Source of the DNA: Opitutales bacterium | Lineage (GTDB): Bacteria > Verrucomicrobiota > Verrucomicrobiia > Opitutales > T3Sed10-336 | NCBI GenBank assembly: GCA_022565335.1 | Contig: JAIUMY010000004.1 | Coordinates: 809 to 64,808 of the forward strand | Reading direction: 5' to 3' | DNA length: 64,000 nucleotides | Notes under the pieces: model-generated | Seen by the model: the letters and a program-made list of their open reading frames with translations, nothing else | The model's database searches: none | Told to the model about the DNA's origin: nothing | Shown: positions 46,327-57,694 of the stretch, piece by piece | How the letters are laid out: each line of letters opens with the position of its first letter | Position numbering within the stretch: the first letter of the stretch is position 1 | Translations under genes and position numbers: made by a program

Positions 46327-47574
46327 ATGGCTGAATCATATATTCAAAATCTGTTTGCGGAACGCATTGGCGGAGCGGACTACGGGAAGTCGACTGCCAT
46401 CTATAAGTTTGAGAAGATCAAACGGGCGAAGAATGCGGCGAAAAAAGAGAAGCCGGATGTCGCGTTGATCGACATGGGGGTCGGCGAACCGGACGAAATG
46501 GCTTATCCGTTGGTCATCGAAACGCTTTGCCAGGAAGCCGCCAAACCGGAAAACCGGGGCTACGCGGATAATGGCGGTCCGGAGTTCCGGGAAGCCGCAG
46601 CCCGATACATGAGCAAAGTTTTCGGCGTCAAAGACCTCGATCCGGAAACTGAGGTACTGCACTCGATTGGCAGCAAAACCGCCCTCTCGATGATCCCGGC
46701 GTGCTTCATCAATCCCGGCGACTACGTGATCATGACCTCCCCCGGCTACCCGGTTCTCGGAACCCACGCCAAGTACTACGGCGGCTTGGTTCATAATGTC
46801 CCGCTGGAGGAAGATAATGATTTTCTCCCCAACCTGGGCACGATTCCCACCGAGGTCTTGGAAAAGGCTAAAATTCTCGTACTCAATTATCCCAACAACC
46901 CGACTGGAGCCTCGGCAACCCAGGAGTTTTTCGAGCAAGCGATCCGTTTTGCCAAGGAAAACAATTTGATCATTATTCAAGACGCTGCCTATGCCTCGCT
47001 GATCTTTGAAGGCCGCCCCCTGTCCATTTTACAAGTTCCGGGCGGCAAGGATGTGGCGGTCGAACTGCATTCCCTCTCCAAAAGCTACAATATGACCGGC
47101 TGGCGAATTGGCTTTGTTTGCGGGAACCCGCTGGTGGTCAAAGCCTATGGCGACATGAAGGACAATTCGGACTCCGGACAATTCCTGGCCATTCAAAAAG
47201 CGGCCGCCAAAGCCTTGGACAACCCCTCCATTACCGAGGAGATCTCCGCCAAATACTCCCGACGAATGGATCTTTTGGTCAAAGCCTTGAAGGCTTCAGG
47301 GTTTTCCGCGAAAAAGCCAAAGGGTTCGTTCTTTTTGTATGTGAAAGCCCCCAAAGCCGCCCGCCAGAGCGAAGAAAGCTGGACCTTCAAAACCGGAGAG
47401 GATTTCAGCCAGTGGCTGATCACCAATGAATTGATCAGCACCGTCCCCTGGGACGAGGCCGGAGCCTACGTACGGTTTTCCGTAACCTTCGAATCGCCCG
47501 ACGGAAAAGAGGGCGAAAAAGAGGTTATTGAAGAAATCGGAAGCCGCCTGGGCCGCTACGAATTCGAATTTTAA
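46327..47574 (+). CDS. Class I/II PLP-dependent aminotransferase (LL-diaminopimelate aminotransferase-like)
   Basis: Contains IDMGVGEPD, NYPNNPTG and the PLP-lysine motif SLSKSYNMTGWRIG. The start is ATG 46327 (MAESYIQNLFAERIGG). Confidence 0.8.
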   Translation: MAESYIQNLFAERIGGADYGKSTAIYKFEKIKRAKNAAKKEKPDVALIDMGVGEPDEMAYPLVIETLCQEAAKPENRGYADNGGPEFREAAARYMSKVFGVKDLDPETEVLHSIGSKTALSMIPACFINPGDYVIMTSPGYPVLGTHAKYYGGLVHNVPLEEDNDFLPNLGTIPTEVLEKAKILVLNYPNNPTGASATQEFFEQAIRFAKENNLIIIQDAAYASLIFEGRPLSILQVPGGKDVAVELHSLSKSYNMTGWRIGFVCGNPLVVKAYGDMKDNSDSGQFLAIQKAAAKALDNPSITEEISAKYSRRMDLLVKALKASGFSAKKPKGSFFLYVKAPKAARQSEESWTFKTGEDFSQWLITNELISTVPWDEAGAYVRFSVTFESPDGKEGEKEVIEEIGSRLGRYEFEF

Positions 47575-47586
47575 GAAGGGCGGTTT

Positions 47587-47642
47587 GGCGGAAATTCCCT
47601 TTCCCTGGTCGGATTCCGTCGACAGGAAGGGGGATTTCCGCC
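47587..47642. repeat. Long imperfect inverted repeat (18-nt arms GGCGGAAATTCCCTTTCC / GGAAGGGGGATTTCCGCC, 20-nt loop) just after the aminotransferase stop
   Basis: 16 of 18 arm positions are complementary by hand pairing. No following T-run. Confidence 0.6.
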
Positions 47643-47682
47643 AACGTGAGCTTTCCCGAATCCTTCTTGGAAAGCCCTACCC

Positions 47683-48591
47683 GTGCCTGTTGCCCTTCTC
47701 ACTGCCTGCCTTTTCGCCCTAACCGGGGTTTGCGCGACGCAAGCCTCCCGGCTCCTCGGCGGGGCCAAGGCAAATTTCTGGCGCTTGGCAATTGCCGCGG
47801 CAATCCTGTCTCTGTACGCCCACTTATGGGGACAAGGCTGGGGCGGCGATGCCCCGCTGTGGTTTTTTTCAGCGGGCGCCATTGGCTTTGGTGCGGGGGG
47901 ATATTGCATGTTTCAGGCTTTGCGTCGGACCGGTTCAACCCTGACCCTACTGGTTGAGCAATGCGCGGCCACCCTTTTTGCGGCGGCTATTGGTTGGGTT
48001 TTCCTGGGCGCCAGTCTAACCTGGCTGGAGATATTTTTGATCTTCTTGATTCTTAGCGGGGTCGTTCTCGGAATGTCGCCGGGGCCGCTGCCCAACCTTC
48101 CGCGTTCGGTTCTTCGCACCGGGGTTGTCTTTGCCCTCATGGCCGCACTTTTCCAGGCCATCAGCTTCAATCTTTCCCGCCACGGCTTTCTTTTAGTAGC
48201 CGAAAGCGGCGAAACCCTGACCGCTCTGACGGCAGCCTACCAACGTCTCGTGGGCGGGGTTATCGTAGCCCTTAGCCTGTACGGCCTGACCTACCTGATC
48301 TTGCGCCAGAAGATCTTCGCCCCACCTGCCCGCCAGGTTCACCCTTCACCTTTTCCAGCACCGGTTTGGGTCATTGCCAACGCCCTTTTCGGACCCGTTT
48401 TAGGGGTCTCTTCAATGCTTTGGGCAATCCGTTTGGTAGAAAATGTCGGCTTGGTCCAAGCCATTGCCGCAACCGCCACCTTGCTAACCGTTCCGCTGGC
48501 CACTTTGCTTGAGGGAGCCCGTCCGCAAAAAACCTTTTATTTCGGGGCCATACTGGCTTTAGTGGGCGTAGCGGCACTTTTATTATCCTGA
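47683..48591 (+). CDS. EamA/DMT-family transporter
   Basis: About 10 hydrophobic helices in two halves; GTG start. Confidence 0.75.
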   Translation: MPVALLTACLFALTGVCATQASRLLGGAKANFWRLAIAAAILSLYAHLWGQGWGGDAPLWFFSAGAIGFGAGGYCMFQALRRTGSTLTLLVEQCAATLFAAAIGWVFLGASLTWLEIFLIFLILSGVVLGMSPGPLPNLPRSVLRTGVVFALMAALFQAISFNLSRHGFLLVAESGETLTALTAAYQRLVGGVIVALSLYGLTYLILRQKIFAPPARQVHPSPFPAPVWVIANALFGPVLGVSSMLWAIRLVENVGLVQAIAATATLLTVPLATLLEGARPQKTFYFGAILALVGVAALLLS

Positions 48592-48689
48592 TTTTTTATG
48601 AGAAATCGTTTTAGTCGGCATTAGCGGGCCGCAAAAAAGGCGTTTTTTTCTTCTAAACTGTTTGCCAAAGCGCTCTCTTATCTAAATAA

Positions 48690-50012
<1,323 letters not shown>

Positions 50013-50038
50013 TCCGCCACTGTTAGATCCCCCTCTTA

Positions 50039-50067
50039 GGCCGCACCCCTCGGGTGCGGCCTTTTTT
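50039..50067 (+). terminator. Rho-independent terminator of eno
   Basis: 10-bp stem GGCCGCACCC-CTC-GGGTGCGGCC followed by TTTTTT. Confidence 0.85.
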
Positions 50068-50121
50068 GGCGAAAAGGATAAATTTCTTTGTCGGGACGAA
50101 GGAATCCCCTAAAGTAACATC

Positions 50122-51744
50122 ATGATCTCTGCCTGCCGCCTTTTCTTCTTTGGTTTAACGCCTTTGCTCCTTCTCGCTGCCTGCGGCCCTTCGGACACCC
50201 GGGTAGAGGAGGGAAACCGCACCGGGATTCTTCATGTTGGTAACGGTGCCGAACCCTCCAACCTAGACCCCCAGACGATTACCGGACTTCCCGAGGCTAA
50301 AATTGTGAGCACCCTGTTCGACGGCTTGGTCGAACTGCACCCCGAAACCAACGAACCGGTCCCCGCCGCCGCCGCCTCCTGGGAGATCTCCGAGGATGGC
50401 TTGGTTTATCGCTTTACCTTACAACCCGAAGGCCGCTGGTCCAATGGAGACCCGGTTACCGCCCAGGATTTCGTAACCAGTTATCGGCGTAAACTCTCGC
50501 CGCGCCTGGGCTCCCGCTATGCTTACATGCTTTACCCTTTGGAAGGAGCGGAAGCCTTTCACCGCGGGGAAACCGATGATTTCACGACGGTAGGCGTTAC
50601 GGCGTTGGCCGACGATCAACTGGAATTGCGTCTGCATACGCCTGCCGCATTTTTACTGGATTTGCTCACTCACTCCTCCTGGTTCCCCGTTCACGCAGAC
50701 ACTCTGGAGGCCTTCGGCGACCTCGACGAGCCCAACACCCGTTGGACCAGAGCCGGCAATTTGGTCGGAAACGGCCCTTTCCGCCTGGTCAGTTGGCGAC
50801 CCGAGCGCTTTGTCCAAGTGGAAAAAAATGAACACCATTGGCGATCCGGAGAAATCTCTCTACAGGGAATTTATTTTTATCCCATCAGTGATCCGACAAC
50901 CGAGGAAAGGGAATTTCGCACGGGCCGATTGCATATTACCAATACCATTCCACCAGATCGGGTGGCGGTGTATCGGGATCGGAATGACCCGGAATTTCAC
51001 TCCCAACCCAGCTTCTCCACTTACTATTACCGCTTTAACACCACCCGTCCTCCGCTGGATAACCCGAAAGTCCGAAGAGCCCTGAAATTGGCCATCGATC
51101 GCGAGGCCATCACCAAAGAGGTCGTTCGGGGAGGACAGCAACCGGCCTATAGCTACGTCCCCCAGGGCGATTTTACCGATTATCGTCCCGGACCATTCTT
51201 TCAGTACGATCCGGATGAGGCTAGACGCCTTCTGGCCGAAGCGGGATTTCCTGAGGGAGAGGGCTTCCCAACGAAAGAGATTCTTTACAATACCATGGAA
51301 ACGCACCGACTGGTGGCCGAAGCCATTCAGGACATGTGGTCCGAAGAACTGGGCATTTCGGTGAACCTGACCAATCAGGAATGGCAAGTCTATCTGGAAA
51401 CCCAGAACCGTCTGCAATACGACATCTCCCGCTCGGGTTGGATTGGTGATTACCTCGATCCCAATACCTTTCTGGACTTGATGCTCACCGATGGCGGAAA
51501 TAATCGTACCGGCTGGGCCAACGAAGAATATGACGAATTGATAACCCAGGCCAATCGCGAGATGAATACCGCGCGCCGGAACGAACTCTTTGCCGAAGCC
51601 GAAGCTTTGCTTCTGCAGGAGGCTCCCGTCGCCCCAATCTATTTCGACCGAACCAATTACCTGATGTCAGTCTCGGTCCAAGATTACTACACTACCCCTA
51701 CCGGTTATCGCCCCTACTGGAGGGTAAACCTGGTCAGCGAATAG
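50122..51744 (+). CDS. ABC transporter substrate-binding lipoprotein, family 5 (peptide/nickel, OppA/DppA-like)
   Basis: Lipobox LLLLAACG; 540 aa; SBP_bac_5 pattern (NGDPVTAQDFV..., WANEEYDELI). Confidence 0.9.
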   Translation: MISACRLFFFGLTPLLLLAACGPSDTRVEEGNRTGILHVGNGAEPSNLDPQTITGLPEAKIVSTLFDGLVELHPETNEPVPAAAASWEISEDGLVYRFTLQPEGRWSNGDPVTAQDFVTSYRRKLSPRLGSRYAYMLYPLEGAEAFHRGETDDFTTVGVTALADDQLELRLHTPAAFLLDLLTHSSWFPVHADTLEAFGDLDEPNTRWTRAGNLVGNGPFRLVSWRPERFVQVEKNEHHWRSGEISLQGIYFYPISDPTTEEREFRTGRLHITNTIPPDRVAVYRDRNDPEFHSQPSFSTYYYRFNTTRPPLDNPKVRRALKLAIDREAITKEVVRGGQQPAYSYVPQGDFTDYRPGPFFQYDPDEARRLLAEAGFPEGEGFPTKEILYNTMETHRLVAEAIQDMWSEELGISVNLTNQEWQVYLETQNRLQYDISRSGWIGDYLDPNTFLDLMLTDGGNNRTGWANEEYDELITQANREMNTARRNELFAEAEALLLQEAPVAPIYFDRTNYLMSVSVQDYYTTPTGYRPYWRVNLVSE

Positions 51745-51754
51745 GAAAGAAACA

Positions 51755-52672
51755 ATGGTGCCACTTTTGTTGAGAAGGCTATTGGAAGCCATCCCCACGC
51801 TTTTGGCGGTCATTACCATCACTTTCTTTCTTTTGCGCCTGGCCCCGGGCGGTCCTTTCGCCGATGAACGTGACCTCTCACCGCAGGCCCAGGCGGCCAT
51901 GGAAGCCCATTACGGATTGGACCAACCGCTGGTCATGCAATATTTCCGCTACTTGGGCAATTTAGCCCGTGGAGATCTGGGGCCTTCATTCCGCTACCCT
52001 ACCCGCACCGTTAATGAAATCATTGTCGACCACTTTCCCGTTTCCCTGGAACTCGGAGCATGGGGCCTATTGGTCGCGCTCTCCTTGGGACTCGGCGCGG
52101 GCCTTTTAGCCGCCGCTTACCGACAACGGCCACAAGACCATACCATTATGACCCTGGCCATGGTCGGGATTTGTTTGCCGACCTTTGTTCTGGGACCTTT
52201 TTTGGTTTATATATTCAGCTTGCAACTGGGATGGTTTAATGTGGGCGGATGGTCCCACTGGAGCGACCGCATCTTACCGGGCTTTGTCCTGGGTAGCTTT
52301 TTTGCCGCTTACGTGGCTCGACTCACCCGCAACGGAGTGGGCGAGTCGGTGCTGATGGACTACTACCGGACCGCCCTCGCCAAAGGACTCTCGAAACGAC
52401 AGGCCCTTTGGAAGCACGCCCTGAAACCTGGCATTTTGCCCACCATCGCCTTTCTTGGACCTGCCGCCGCCGGCTTATTGACCGGATCCTTCGTGGTGGA
52501 ATCGGTTTTCAATATACCGGGTCTGGGCCAACAATTCATAAACGCGGCCTTCGGACGGGATTTTACCGTGGTCACGGGGTTGGTAATCCTCTATGCCGTG
52601 CTAATCTTGTTTTTTAATCTGACGGTGGATTTTCTGCAGGCCCTTCTGGACCCCAAATTGCGCGAATCATGA
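51755..52672 (+). CDS. ABC transporter permease (OppB/DppB-like)
   Basis: N-terminal LLRRLLEAIPTLLAVITITFFLLRLAPGGP, typical of DppB/OppB. Confidence 0.9.
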   Translation: MVPLLLRRLLEAIPTLLAVITITFFLLRLAPGGPFADERDLSPQAQAAMEAHYGLDQPLVMQYFRYLGNLARGDLGPSFRYPTRTVNEIIVDHFPVSLELGAWGLLVALSLGLGAGLLAAAYRQRPQDHTIMTLAMVGICLPTFVLGPFLVYIFSLQLGWFNVGGWSHWSDRILPGFVLGSFFAAYVARLTRNGVGESVLMDYYRTALAKGLSKRQALWKHALKPGILPTIAFLGPAAAGLLTGSFVVESVFNIPGLGQQFINAAFGRDFTVVTGLVILYAVLILFFNLTVDFLQALLDPKLRES

Positions 52673-53565
52673 ACCCGGTGGCCGAAGAAAAACCTACCGC
52701 AGTGTTCCTGCCCGGGCGCAATCCCATGGCCGAGGCCTGGCGGCGTTTCCGTCACAATATACCCGCCATGGCCGGGCTCATTTTTCTCCTCGGATTTTTG
52801 CTCCTTTGCCTTATTGGTCCCTGGTTGACGCCTTTTGGCTTTGAAGAACAAAACCGCTCTCTGGGGGCCGCTTCTCCCGGAACGATGGGCGAGGCCGGTC
52901 GACACTGGCTGGGCACCGACCGACTGGGCCGCGATTTATTGACCCGCCTCCTGCACGGCGGACGACTCTCCTTTCTGGTGGCGGTCGCGGCAACCATGGT
53001 GAGTCTTTTTATCGGGGTGACCTACGGGGCTATTGCGGCCTGGTGCGGAGGAAAGCGGGACGCGGTGATGATGCGTATCGTCGATCTCCTCTATGCCCTT
53101 CCCTTTACGGTCTTCCTGATCCTCCTGATGGTTATCTTCGAACGAAGTCTTTTACTTCTATTCATTGCCATCGGAGCCATCGAATGGCTCACCATGGCCA
53201 GAATCGTGCGGGGACAAGTCCTGGTTCTAAAGACCCGGGCGTTTGTCGAAGCGGCCCGAAGTCTCGGCCGAAGATCCTCGGCCTTGATCCTTCGACATGT
53301 TCTCCCCAACTCCATGGGGCCGATTATCGTTTACACAACCTTAACTATCCCCAACGTTATGCTGCTGGAGGCCTTTGTCAGTTTCTTGGGGCTCGGAGTC
53401 CAAGCGCCGCAAGCTTCGCTGGGATTACTCATCAACGAAGGGGTTTCTGCCATGGAAAGCGCCCCCTGGCTGTTGTTTTTCCCCAGCGTCGCCTTTGCTC
53501 TAAGTTTGCTCTCACTGAATTTTGTGGGGGATGGATTACGCGACGCTTTCAATCCTAAAGAATAA
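52669..53565 (+). CDS. ABC transporter permease (OppC/DppC-like)
   Basis: Contains HWLGTDRLGRDLLTRLLHGGR and the EAA region AARSLGRRSSALILRHVLPN. 4-nt overlap with the previous permease. Confidence 0.9.
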   Translation: MNPVAEEKPTAVFLPGRNPMAEAWRRFRHNIPAMAGLIFLLGFLLLCLIGPWLTPFGFEEQNRSLGAASPGTMGEAGRHWLGTDRLGRDLLTRLLHGGRLSFLVAVAATMVSLFIGVTYGAIAAWCGGKRDAVMMRIVDLLYALPFTVFLILLMVIFERSLLLLFIAIGAIEWLTMARIVRGQVLVLKTRAFVEAARSLGRRSSALILRHVLPNSMGPIIVYTTLTIPNVMLLEAFVSFLGLGVQAPQASLGLLINEGVSAMESAPWLLFFPSVAFALSLLSLNFVGDGLRDAFNPKE

Positions 53566-53659
53566 AACACAAGGAAAATCAGCCAAAATGCAGCTTTTCC
53601 TTTATTTTTCCCTTCATCCGGTCTAAAACCTAACATTTGCCCAATTTTATCCTTTCATT

Positions 53660-54898
53660 TTGACCCTTACTTCCTTCATAGATTCCATTCGCCGTGATTT
53701 CGACTTCCGCAGCGGCCGGGGATTTGACTGGCTTAACCCGGCAATCATGATTGTACTCGCGGTAGCTGGGGTGTTTTTTATTTACAGCGCGCAAATCTAC
53801 ACTGGTTTGACGCAATACAAACAACAGATCGTCTGGATGATCCTGGGATTCATCGCCTATTTTGCGGTCGGACAGTTGAACTACGCCTTTTTTCGCAAAC
53901 ATGCCCACTGGATCTACTTGGCCGCGCTGGTCGGCCTGTTGCTTGTCTGGTCCCCCATCGGGGATGCCCGGGGCGGTAGCCAAAGATGGATCGACCTCCG
54001 CTTTTTTTCGATTCAACCTTCGGAAATGGCCAAACTTGGTCTTCTGGTGATTTGCGCTGCAACCCTGGCGGGGAGTCGATTGGGTAAGGTCAAGGATTCC
54101 TTTCTGGCCTTGCTGACCATCGGTATTTTTACCGCCATTCCTCTCGGAATGATCTTTTTACAACCGGACCTCGGCTCCAGTCTGGTTATTCCGCCAATGG
54201 TTCTGGCATTGCTCTGGGCCGCAAATTTGTCCTGGAAGTTTTTTGCCGTCGCCATTTTTGCGGTTTTTCTGTTGGTCTCGATAGTCTCCCTGGACGTTCT
54301 CGGCTATTACCAGCAAAACTTCGCCGAAACCCCGGAACCGGAAGCCGGTCAGCGGGTAGACCCCGCTCCGGTACAAACTTTCCTCCCCATTCGTGATTAC
54401 CAAAGAACCCGCATCCTGGTCTTCGCTGCTCCGGAAAGCGTGGATCCCCTGGGCGCCGGTTGGAACATTCGGCAATCCTTGATCTCCGTCGGCAGCGGAG
54501 GTCTCCTGGGCAAAGGATGGGGACAAGGAACTCAAGCCCAACTCGGCTATCTCCCCCGGGGGGTAGCGCATAATGATTTTATTTTCTCGGTTCTCGCTGA
54601 GGAAAAAGGATTTCTCGGAAGCGCTCTGGTCGTCGGACTTTATGGCTTGTTACTAACCAATTGCATTCGCATCGCCGGAAAAGCAAAAGACAAATTCGGC
54701 ATGCTTTTATGTGTGGGGGTAATGATGATTTTTTCCGTTCATGTCTTTGTAAATATTGGCATGACGATTGGCCTAATGCCGATTACCGGTTTACCGCTTC
54801 CATTTTTAAGCTATGGTGGCTCCTTTTTTGTAAGTTGCTGTATTCTTCTCGGATTGGTGCAAAGTGTTTATCGTCACCGAAAGGAGGTTCGGGCATGA
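53660..54898 (+). CDS. FtsW/RodA/SpoVE (SEDS) family peptidoglycan glycosyltransferase
   Basis: Contains QPSEMAKL, HNDFIFSVLAEEKGFLG and PITGLPLPFLSYGGS. TTG start. Confidence 0.85.
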   Translation: MTLTSFIDSIRRDFDFRSGRGFDWLNPAIMIVLAVAGVFFIYSAQIYTGLTQYKQQIVWMILGFIAYFAVGQLNYAFFRKHAHWIYLAALVGLLLVWSPIGDARGGSQRWIDLRFFSIQPSEMAKLGLLVICAATLAGSRLGKVKDSFLALLTIGIFTAIPLGMIFLQPDLGSSLVIPPMVLALLWAANLSWKFFAVAIFAVFLLVSIVSLDVLGYYQQNFAETPEPEAGQRVDPAPVQTFLPIRDYQRTRILVFAAPESVDPLGAGWNIRQSLISVGSGGLLGKGWGQGTQAQLGYLPRGVAHNDFIFSVLAEEKGFLGSALVVGLYGLLLTNCIRIAGKAKDKFGMLLCVGVMMIFSVHVFVNIGMTIGLMPITGLPLPFLSYGGSFFVSCCILLGLVQSVYRHRKEVRA

Positions 54899-55042
54899 AA
54901 ACCCGCTCCTTTCAGACCCTAAACTTTGACCATTTCCGGCCGCCGAGGTGGCCGGAACCCGCAAAGAATTCCGCTTCTCATGACAGGGCCCACCACCTAA
55001 CCCAAAGAACCAATCCCTCCACAGGAGGGAATTTCACCCATC

Positions 55043-56791
55043 ATGAAAGAAGAATCTTCATCAAACTCCCCCCAGGGAGATGTTTCCGATCGCTACACCG
55101 AAGAGCTCCAAGGGCCCCCACCGGAAGAGGCTGCTGAGCCCGTAGATACCGACAATATCCGCCAGGAGGCCCAAAAGCGCTCTCGTAAAAAACCATTCAT
55201 CCACAAAATCATCGATACCTTGCGTGGCGAAAAAAAATCCTTCCGTGAACTTATCATAAACTCCGAACCGCTGGAACGGCGGGTCGCCTTGCTGGAAGAT
55301 GGTATCCTCGAAAAATTCGAGGTTGAACGTGTCGGCGAGGACCGCTTGGTAGGCAGCATTTACAAAGGTAAAATCCAGAATCTTGAAGACGGCCTCAAGG
55401 CTGCCTTCGTCGATATCGGCATGTCCAAAAATGCCTTTCTTCATTACTGGGACATGTTGCCTGCCGCCAACGATTCCACCATCGAGGTAGTTCGCGTCAA
55501 CAGTAAGGACAAAGGTAAGAAAAAACCTGCCCAAACCAAGCTGAAGGACATCCCGTCAAAATACCCGGTCGGCTCCGATATTGTGGTCCAGGTCACCAAA
55601 GGCCCCATCGGCACCAAGGGCCCTCGCACAACTACCAACCTCAGTCTCCCCGGACGTTTTCTGGTACTCCTGCCCTACTCCGACCAATGCGGAATTTCCC
55701 GCAAAATCGAAGACTCCAGGGAACGTAGCCGCTTGAAAAAAATCCTCCGCGAATTGACCATCCCTGAAGGCATGGGGGTCATTATGCGGACTGCCGGGGA
55801 AGGAAAAAAACCTCGTTATTTCGTGCGCGATTTACACCTTCTTCTGAAAAAATGGGAAGAAATCAATACCCGTATGGAATCCGAAAAAGGGCCTATATGC
55901 CTACACCAGGAACCGGATATCATCGAACGTACCGTAAGAGATTTCCTTACCGAGGAAATCGACCGGGTTCTCGTCGACAAGGACGAGGAATTGAGCCGGA
56001 TGCAGGATATTGTGGCGCAAATCTCCCGTCGCTCCAAAGGCAAAATCACCCCCTATAAGGAAAACATTCCCATCTTCGAGCGCTTCAATATTGAGCGACA
56101 GATCGAACAAACCTTTCAACGACAAGCTCCCCTGCCTTCCGGAGGAGCCATTGTTATCGAGGAAACCGAGGCGCTCATCGCCATCGATGTGAATACCGGT
56201 TCCCACCGTGCCAGAAAAGGCGACAATAAGAATACCATCCTCCAGGTCAATCTGGAAGCCGCCGAGGAAGTCGCCCGGCAAATCCAGCTGCGCAATATTG
56301 GCGGACTCATCATTATCGATTTTATCGATATGAAGAACGCGAAGGACCGTAAGGCGGTTTTCAATCGCATGCGCCACGCCATGGCCGAGGATAAAGCGAA
56401 AAACCACATCCTCCCCATTTCACAATTGGGGATCATGCAAATGACCCGCCAACGGCAGAACGAAAGTCTGGCCTCGGGCATGTACACGGATTGCCCCTAC
56501 TGCCGCGGTCGCGGGATTGTCAAATCCGCCCGCAGCATGAGTGTGGAAATCCAACGGCGCCTGGTTAGCGTTTTGCGACGCCAACAGAATAAAGAAGACA
56601 AAGGCGAGGAATGGGGTCTCCGAATTCTGGTCCATCCCAGTATCCTGGAAAGACTCCGCCTCGAAGATGAACAGCTTCTGGCCAATTTGCAGGATATCTA
56701 TGGAGTCAAACTAGCCTTCCGCGCAGACCCCTCCTATCATGTCGAAAACTTCAAAATCATTGATCCGGTTTCCGGAAAGGAATACCGATAA
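55043..56791 (+). CDS. Rne/Rng-family ribonuclease (RNase G/E)
   Basis: S1 domain [23 protein letters not shown]; catalytic region [17 protein letters not shown]...[11 protein letters not shown]; CPYCRGRG zinc link. Confidence 0.9.
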   Translation: MKEESSSNSPQGDVSDRYTEELQGPPPEEAAEPVDTDNIRQEAQKRSRKKPFIHKIIDTLRGEKKSFRELIINSEPLERRVALLEDGILEKFEVERVGEDRLVGSIYKGKIQNLEDGLKAAFVDIGMSKNAFLHYWDMLPAANDSTIEVVRVNSKDKGKKKPAQTKLKDIPSKYPVGSDIVVQVTKGPIGTKGPRTTTNLSLPGRFLVLLPYSDQCGISRKIEDSRERSRLKKILRELTIPEGMGVIMRTAGEGKKPRYFVRDLHLLLKKWEEINTRMESEKGPICLHQEPDIIERTVRDFLTEEIDRVLVDKDEELSRMQDIVAQISRRSKGKITPYKENIPIFERFNIERQIEQTFQRQAPLPSGGAIVIEETEALIAIDVNTGSHRARKGDNKNTILQVNLEAAEEVARQIQLRNIGGLIIIDFIDMKNAKDRKAVFNRMRHAMAEDKAKNHILPISQLGIMQMTRQRQNESLASGMYTDCPYCRGRGIVKSARSMSVEIQRRLVSVLRRQQNKEDKGEEWGLRILVHPSILERLRLEDEQLLANLQDIYGVKLAFRADPSYHVENFKIIDPVSGKEYR

Positions 56792-56902
56792 CCTGGATTT
56801 CCGGAAAAAAGCAAAAAATTCCCTCCCTGCCCTTGGCAAGTAGGGAATTTTATCTAGAGTTAAAGTTCTTCTACACTAAAACCCAAACCTGAAAAATAAA
56901 CT

Positions 56903-57529
56903 ATGGCTTATACACTCCCATCTCTGGAATATGACTACAACGCCTTGGAGCCGCACATTGATGCGACCACGATGGAAATCCATCACTCCAAGCACCACCA
57001 AACCTACGTTGATAAAGCCAATGCCGCGTTGGAGGCCTATCCCGCCCTCGCCGAGAAAGACGTGGACGACTTGATTGCCGACCTCTCCCAGGTTCCGGAA
57101 AATATCCGCACCGCGGTTCGTAACAATGCCGGCGGACATTCCAACCACAGCTTCTTCTGGAAGATCATCGGCCCCGGCAAAGGGGGGAGTCCGGTGGGTG
57201 AACTCGCTGGAGCCATTGACTCCGCTTTCGGCAGTTTCGACGATTTCAAAAAGGAATTCGCCGCCGCAGGCGCCAACCGTTTCGGCAGTGGATGGGCATG
57301 GCTCTCGGTAAAGCCGGATGGCAACCTTTGCATCTGCTCCACCCCAAACCAAGACTCACCCCTCATGAAGGGCGTTGTCGATTGCCTCGGAACACCCCTG
57401 ATCGGCATCGATGTTTGGGAACACGCATACTATCTCAAATACCAAAACAAGCGCCCTGCCTATATTGAGGCCTTTTGGAACGTGGTCAATTGGGACAAAG
57501 CCGAAGAGCTTTACCAAGCCGCCAAATAA
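56903..57529 (+). CDS. Fe/Mn superoxide dismutase
   Basis: [32 protein letters not shown] and DVWEHAYYL. Confidence 0.95.
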   Translation: MAYTLPSLEYDYNALEPHIDATTMEIHHSKHHQTYVDKANAALEAYPALAEKDVDDLIADLSQVPENIRTAVRNNAGGHSNHSFFWKIIGPGKGGSPVGELAGAIDSAFGSFDDFKKEFAAAGANRFGSGWAWLSVKPDGNLCICSTPNQDSPLMKGVVDCLGTPLIGIDVWEHAYYLKYQNKRPAYIEAFWNVVNWDKAEELYQAAK

Positions 57530-57550
57530 AAGCACAACCCAACAAATCTC

Positions 57551-57579
57551 AAAGCCGGGCTCCTCGCCCGGCTTTTTTT
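57551..57579 (+). terminator. Rho-independent terminator of the SOD gene
   Basis: 7-bp stem GCCGGGC-TCCTC-GCCCGGC followed by TTTTTTT, with AAA upstream. Confidence 0.8.
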
Positions 57580-57591
57580 ATGCTCCAAAAC

Positions 57592-57647
57592 CGTCAATAG
57601 TCAAGGGACAGTCTCTCTACATATACCTCCGTCAATTTCTTAGCTCC
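57592..57647 (+). repeat. Paired dispersed intergenic repeat, locus 3 (CGTCAATAGTCAAGGGAC 57592-57609; CGTCAATTTCTTAGCTCC 57630-57647)
   Basis: Direct comparison with loci 1 and 2. It lies between convergent genes. Confidence 0.75.
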
Positions 57648-57694
57648 CGTCCCCTAATTTCTCAAACCGAACTGGTCTGGCCAAGACAATAACT

